From Paraspadella gotoi (Eukaryota; Animalia; Chaetognatha), in the NCBI GenBank assembly GCA_051294375.1, contig CM119263.1:10500703-10564702 (forward strand): 64,000 nucleotides of DNA, read 5' to 3'. The notes under the pieces are model-generated. The model saw only the letters and a program-made list of their open reading frames with translations, did no database searches and was not told the origin of the DNA. Position 1 is the stretch's first letter. The number at the start of each line of letters is the position of its first letter. Position numbers and translations under genes: made by a program. Shown here one piece after another: positions 58,201-64,000 of the stretch.

Positions 58201-59857
58201 CAGTAGCATCCGTCTAGAATTTCTGAGACGGCAAGCTCTGTAACTCGAATACAAATGATAATTCGAAAGCGAGTTTTTGTCTTGTTATCGAGTACTCATA
58301 TGGCTACTCCCCCTTCGGTAAGCCATTGCTCTACGACCACTTTTGGGACATAGCAGTTTACTGTAAAAGTTTACCTTGAGTGGGATTCGAATCCGACTAT
58401 TTCATTCTGCGTCGAAGTCTTAGTTTTTAACCACTCGGCCATCTCGTTAATTAAAATGAAAAATTCAAAAACCTCAATATAAATTTTGTTTTTTCTTTTC
58501 TTTTTAGTCAGATCTGCTTTCATTAGATACTGACTCTATAATTCACTTTGTCGGTCCCTCAATCTTGTCAGGCATTCACTTATATCATGTCAGAACATCG
58601 AATTATAATAAATTATGCAAAAAAAAAACGACATCCGTCTCTCCGTCCATCCATCCCACCTTAGCAAAAAACACCAGTTACTAATGGATGGATGGATTGG
58701 AATAAAATTTTGTGTGTGGGTAGGGAAGTGTGTGATTGAGCTGATATGAAGTTTTGATGGAATCGTTTGAGTGGAAATCAGTTTAAATGGAAAAAAACAA
58801 AATGTGTTTCACTAATTGATAATGCTTTTTTTCCCTTTTTATATTAAATGTAAATGCAAGATGTATTAATTAATCAAATAATTAATCAGTCAATTAATTA
58901 TCAAAACAAACTTTTGGATCAAAATAATTAATTAATTGCCAAATTAATTAATTAATTAACTTGAATTAATTATAAATTAATTATTAATTAATTAATTACC
59001 GATAATGATTGTGTGCAGATCCGACATTGTTTGCTTAAACTTATGTTACAACGTGTTACAATCTGTTAAGATCACAAATTGTTAGACATCGTTATTTCAC
59101 AAATTGAAAGTCAGAAAACGTTACAAGAATTATCATTGTATTAGCTTATTACCACTTAATTATTGTAGGCAGATCCGACATTGTTTGCTCAAACTTATTT
59201 TTTTGCAAATCAAAAACTTAAGATTATTTTTTTTTCAAAATGATTTCATTCTTTCATTCTCTCAATCATTAGCCTATTATTAATATTGATACAATAGACG
59301 ACAAGGTATAAAAAACATTTTCAGTTGTTTCACAATAAGCAACTGGATTAAAACACTTAATAAAACACACGTGGAAATGTTCAACTTTGCGGCCTCTGAC
59401 TTCCTCAATTTCAAACATTAAAAATAAGCCAGATATTCGCTTTCTTCTACGTATCAATCGTCGTCGTTGCGACGTTTCGTCATGAATCGGGAAACTTGGG
59501 ACTCGGATGTCGAAATCTCTGTCTTCGATTGTTGAATGTTTTGTTTCCCCAAAAAAATTAAAAGCGAACTTCCAGTTTTATATAATTTATTTAGTACAAA
59601 ATTTTTATGAAATCATTTAGTCGAGTGCTTAGCGCGCCGGATTTCAACATTACGAAAAGGTTTCAGGTTCAAATCTGGCCGAAGCTACTTTTTACAATAG
59701 GTTCTGATGTCCCAAAATTGGTCCTAGAGCAATGGCTTACCGAAGGGGGAGTAGCCATATGTGTACTCGATATCAAGACAAAAGCTCTCTTTAAAATTAT
59801 CATTTGTACTCGAGTTACAGAGCTTGCCGTCTCAGAAATTCTAGACGGATGCTACTG
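58201..59857. mobile_element. Non-autonomous Tc1/mariner/pogo-type element with ~150-bp TIRs
   Basis: cagtagcatccgtctagaatttctgagacggcaagctctgtaactcga... (58201-58349) mirrors 59708-59857; TA flanks at 58199-58200 and 59858-59859; no transposase inside. Confidence 0.85.
58376..58448 (-). pseudogene. Degenerate tRNA-like sequence or SINE head
   Basis: Minus strand gagatggccgagtggttaa (A box) ... ggattcgaatcccactc (B box); stems do not complete a cloverleaf. Confidence 0.65.
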
Positions 59858-62430
59858 TACCTGAAAGTCAAGGATTTCGGTACTCGTATCTGAGGAAGAA
59901 ATATTCATTTTTATATTTCATTACACAAAATAAAAAAAAAATTCCGAAAGCACTTTTGAAAAGCGCGTTCGAGAATCACGTCTATGAAAACGCGTCGAAT
60001 CGCGATTTTTTTTTTCGCGATGATTTCGAAATCCGCGCGCGCGGGGAAACCTAAAGTTGCACGAGCAACCATTTTTGATGGCTTGCTTCATTTAACTTTT
60101 GTATTAGTTATTTTCTTTATCACAATGATTGTCATCCCCTGCCACATTAATTTGATTGCAAAAGTCTTCGTTACAAAACCATATGCACACAGCTTCTAGC
60201 TTTTGCATATCATCTCACATAATTATCAGTTTGTGATTTTTTGACCTCGCGTCCGGTCATTTTTCCCTGGTCATCTTAGTTGACCTTTTTTGACCAGTCT
60301 TTTCACCGTTCTCGTCGCTTTCTCGTGGCTTTCTTTCGGCACGAAAACCTCGGCACTTGTTATTCGAGTTAAAATGCTGATCAACTTTATCGTTTCTCTG
60401 GAAAAGATCGGCCGTATGGAACCGTAGTTTTTACGGAATCCAAGGATTTTTATACACCAATTTATTGTACTACATTAATTTTGCCAATTATTTACCTCTT
60501 TAAATAAATTTAAAATAAACTTATTTACGATTTATTCGTCATTCATTCGTCATTTACATTTTAGATTTATAAATCCTTGATCGAATCGAATCGAACGCGC
60601 GACCCCTCGAGGCATTAGAAAATAATAAAAAATTTCTACACAATGAATCTGCAAAATTATTTACAAGTAAAATTTTATTTAAAGAACAGTAACTTTCAAA
60701 GAATTGTGCATTTTTTCGAATCCGTCATTTCTAAACTGGAGCTTGAGTATTGTTTCATCAGCGTAGGATCCCGCAAAATGTCTGGAAAACAAACGTTAAA
60801 TCAAAGAGACATTTTTGTTAAGAAATACTAATAATTTACCTTTCCAGTAATTAGTACTTTGATTCTGCCTCGTGGTAGAAGTTTGCGACTTTTTCGTCGG
60901 GGACTTGTTCCTGTAAGCATTAAAATGACACATGAAAACCTTATTTATTTTCAGATCCATACCTCATTGTTATTTTCCAAATAGGCGGTTTTTTTAAAAT
61001 CTACTAGATAGATATTTCTGTGGCAGTTAATAACTGCCATATTTCCAAATTTTCTTTGGTCCCTCGATGTGAATATGAATTCTTAGACTGCAATCAATCA
61101 ATCAATTTTATACATTCATCTACAATATTCAGCTTGAATAAATCTCATCCTATCATTCTTGTTTTGCCAACCCGAACAATTTCTCTTCCAAAGCTCATCT
61201 AACAAACCATTAAATTCTTCATTAAAAAGTTCATCCTTCCATGACCAATTGCCAAGAGCCAAAACTGAAGGTCCCAAGATCAATGGTCTCATTCAGCTCA
61301 CCCGGTGTCATCTCCCGGAAGATAAACTTCGTTCCTGTTGTGGTCCAAAACGACGACGCCTCCCGCGTGGCCGCTCATCCTGGATCGTCGGGTGTCGCTC
61401 GAAGAAGATTGGACGATGAAGGCGAATACTAGCTATTTAATTGTTTTGTATTTCTGGCCGAGCTCGACGGTAGCAATGATTGTTTAAACAGATATATATA
61501 AGCTTTTGTTTGAGAAACAATGAATTCGTTTTCCGTCGCCAAAAAAAATGAGGCGAAGATTTCTCCTTTTATCTTTTTTTTTTTATTTTCGCGTAGGTGG
61601 GCGTCGAGATCGAAAGGCGAAGACAAAGAAATAAAAGAGATAAGAAAGAAATACAGGATTCGGTGGAGACAATTTGAAGGAAACGGGTTCTAGGCGACGG
61701 GAAAACTTAGGATCTGAGATAAACGGCGAAATTCTTGAGCGAGAGGGAAAAAAAAATCCGGTTTTGCCGAATTGTCGAAATCCGAGATCTGGGATCGATG
61801 TCGGCGATTTTTAGTGATAAGTCCTATCAGAGTCGAGGTCTGTTACTACGTATTAGTACGCAATTACTAAGTATATCGTTTAAATGTTAAACCATGTATT
61901 CTTTAAAGCCGTGTCATGAGAACCCGTGTCTTTTTTATGTTTTATAACGCGTGTGTCATCATCCAAACAGGCTCGATCGTAATTATGAGGGTTTAGGTAG
62001 TTGAGTAATTGTTGCTTACATTGTCGTATCACGTGCCAATGCATTCGATTATTAGTTCTATTTAGTCTAAGCCAATATTTTGTAACAGAACAAAACTCAG
62101 TATCTGTATTCTAGCATGAGCAAACACGAGTTCATAGTAAAATAGAAAGAGCACAATCTCTTTTAACTAAGTAACTAGTACGAAGAGTTAAATTAAAATT
62201 AATTTAAAACATCAGTAAATAAGTTCTGACTGGAGAACTCGAGCTAAATATAATTCGCTTTTTGGTGGAAGCGTTTCGTGATTATTTAAAAACAATAAAT
62301 AACACTTCAACAATGTTTCGGATCATGGGGTAAGGGGCACAGAAGCGATTTACAGTTTCAACGTACAGACCCGATTTGTTTTTGTGTGTGGGCAAGGGGC
62401 CGGGGTGTGGGAGGGGAAGATGAAGGAGAG

Positions 62431-64000
62431 TCACTGAAAGGATTTTATCAACGAATGGTTGGAGTCGAAAATTCTGAGAATGAGAACGGCGACCAGATCG
62501 TAATTCCAATGAAGAACCATCATCGTCGTCGCCAAGATAATCGTCATAATCAACCGCGGTCTGTCAAAGCGAAACGGAGAATTATTGTAGTCGGGCATTG
62601 CCTAGGTTCACTCCGCCTATAAGCATGACTCTTTCAGTTGTGACCCGGTGGCTCATTGAGTAAAGCCATCAGCTCATGACCACTAGGTACCGGGTTCAAT
62701 CCCAACCCTGCGGGAAGAGTGAGGACGGCCGTAAGCCGCCTTGGGGGCGTGGCAAACCCCCAAGCCTGGTAACAAGCCCAGGACCCGTTCCATGACTGCT
62801 AGAGGGGGTTATAGAAGTTACGGATAGTCATCTTCTGCCCACTTAGCGCCTTATCCACATTATGATATTTTAAACATTAGTAATCATGATTCGCCAGATG
62901 ATTTGGATTTTAATTTCCAATCTAATTTCACGTTGACGACTTACTTGGTCAGAATAAAGGGCGTGGCCAAATTGTAGACGGTGTTAATCAATAGAATGGC
63001 TAGTTGAATGAGACAGAGAACGACGTTGATTAGTTTAGGGTAAACGAATCCTTGGAGGTTGTCGGGGTTCGGCTGAAAATTAATATTTAATCTTAGTGAT
63101 CTTTCGAAAGATGGGGGAAATGTATATAAAATTCCCGTACCATGTAGATATCTTGTTGATTCTTCTCCATCTTTTCAACCTGAAAGTAAAAACATTCATT
63201 AAAAAAGGGGGGGGGGAAATGAGTTATCAAATTAACAAATCAATCACAAAATTTAAAACATGGGAAAAGCGATCAAATCAACCAATCAATCTAACAATAC
63301 AACTCAAAGAATCAAAGCAAATCAATCGATCCCATTCACCTTGTGCTCGCAAGCTTCCAACTTCTCGTGAAGATCCCGACTCCTTTCCTCGCTTCTGTAG
63401 TCGACGATCTGCACTTCCTCCTTCTTGGCCAGAACGATCAACTCTTGCTTCAGGTTAAGTAGTTCCGTGTGCTGCAGGTCAATCTGATCGTTCAACTGGT
63501 CCTCCAAACGCTTAAGGGAAATTGAAAAAGGGAATGGCGGTAGAACTAATTAGTTTTATAACAAGAGCTATTTGACGAATTAATTCCGTTCTCTACTATT
63601 TATTTAATCATCCTGTTTTGACATTAGACCTAGTTTTGTTTGTTGTTATTGTCTGTAGTCTGTTCAATTCGGAGTAAAACGAATTTAATATGAACATTCT
63701 TATTCATATTTGGCAACACGTTTTTCTCAAGTTAATTGTTAAATCATTTATTTTCGCTAAAACACCTGATATCTGTATTCGGCGCTCTTCATCTCATCGT
63801 CGTAGTGAAGCCTCAATTCTTCCAAGTCTTTTCGCGCCTTCTGCTGCTGCCGCAACATATCCTGCATCTGTCGTTCGTGGGCCTCTCGCATCTCCATGAC
63901 GTCGCTGCGTGCGCGATTGACGCTCGCACATAGTTCATTAAGCAGCCACGCCTCCTGCGCCGCCGTGCCCGGCGTCGTCGTCGTCGTCGCGCCGTTGACG
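62431..64000 (-). CDS. TMCC: Transmembrane and coiled-coil domain family protein (TMCC/Dementin-like), 3' part; runs off the window
   Basis: Exons 63766-64000(partial), 63340-63510, 63141-63179, 62945-63072, 62431-62560 in phase: EYRYQRLEDQLNDQIDLQHTELLNLKQEL...ERSRDLHEKLEACEHKVEKME...KLINVVLCLIQLAILLINTV...PRLIMTIILATTMMVLHW. Confidence 0.9.
62583..62851 (+). mobile_element. tRNA-headed SINE-like element D, in last TMCC intron
   Basis: A box tggctcattgag, ctcat anticodon-like segment, B box ggttcaatccc, hairpins cttggggg/cccccaag and cctgg/ccagg; homologous to C. Confidence 0.78.

Overview
AT-rich animal (invertebrate metazoan) genomic DNA with GC-rich exons, short GT-AG introns and abundant (CT/GA)n microsatellites; the species cannot be named from sequence alone. 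I hand-spliced five genes with phase-consistent exon chains: a tubby/TULP gene (-, 13 coding exons), CCDC153/DRC12 (+, 6 exons), a 20-exon DEG/ENaC channel (-), the 3' part of a TMCC gene (-), and the last two exons of an unknown single-pass membrane protein (-). A SPOP-like BTB reading frame is nested in a channel intron. The first 22 kb has no recognisable exons and is dominated by a ~15 kb inverted duplication around a 25-N gap, with a hAT-like foldback element in one arm only. Main leads: (1) the DEG/ENaC subunit has a ~460-aa insertion in the knuckle region plus HG->QG and GAS->GAT changes; (2) four intronic tRNA-headed elements share a hairpin architecture, with an apparently covarying twister-like pseudoknot in three of them; (3) a Tc1 deletion derivative keeps an in-frame DNA-binding mini-ORF. 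All gene models are manual and untested against transcripts.
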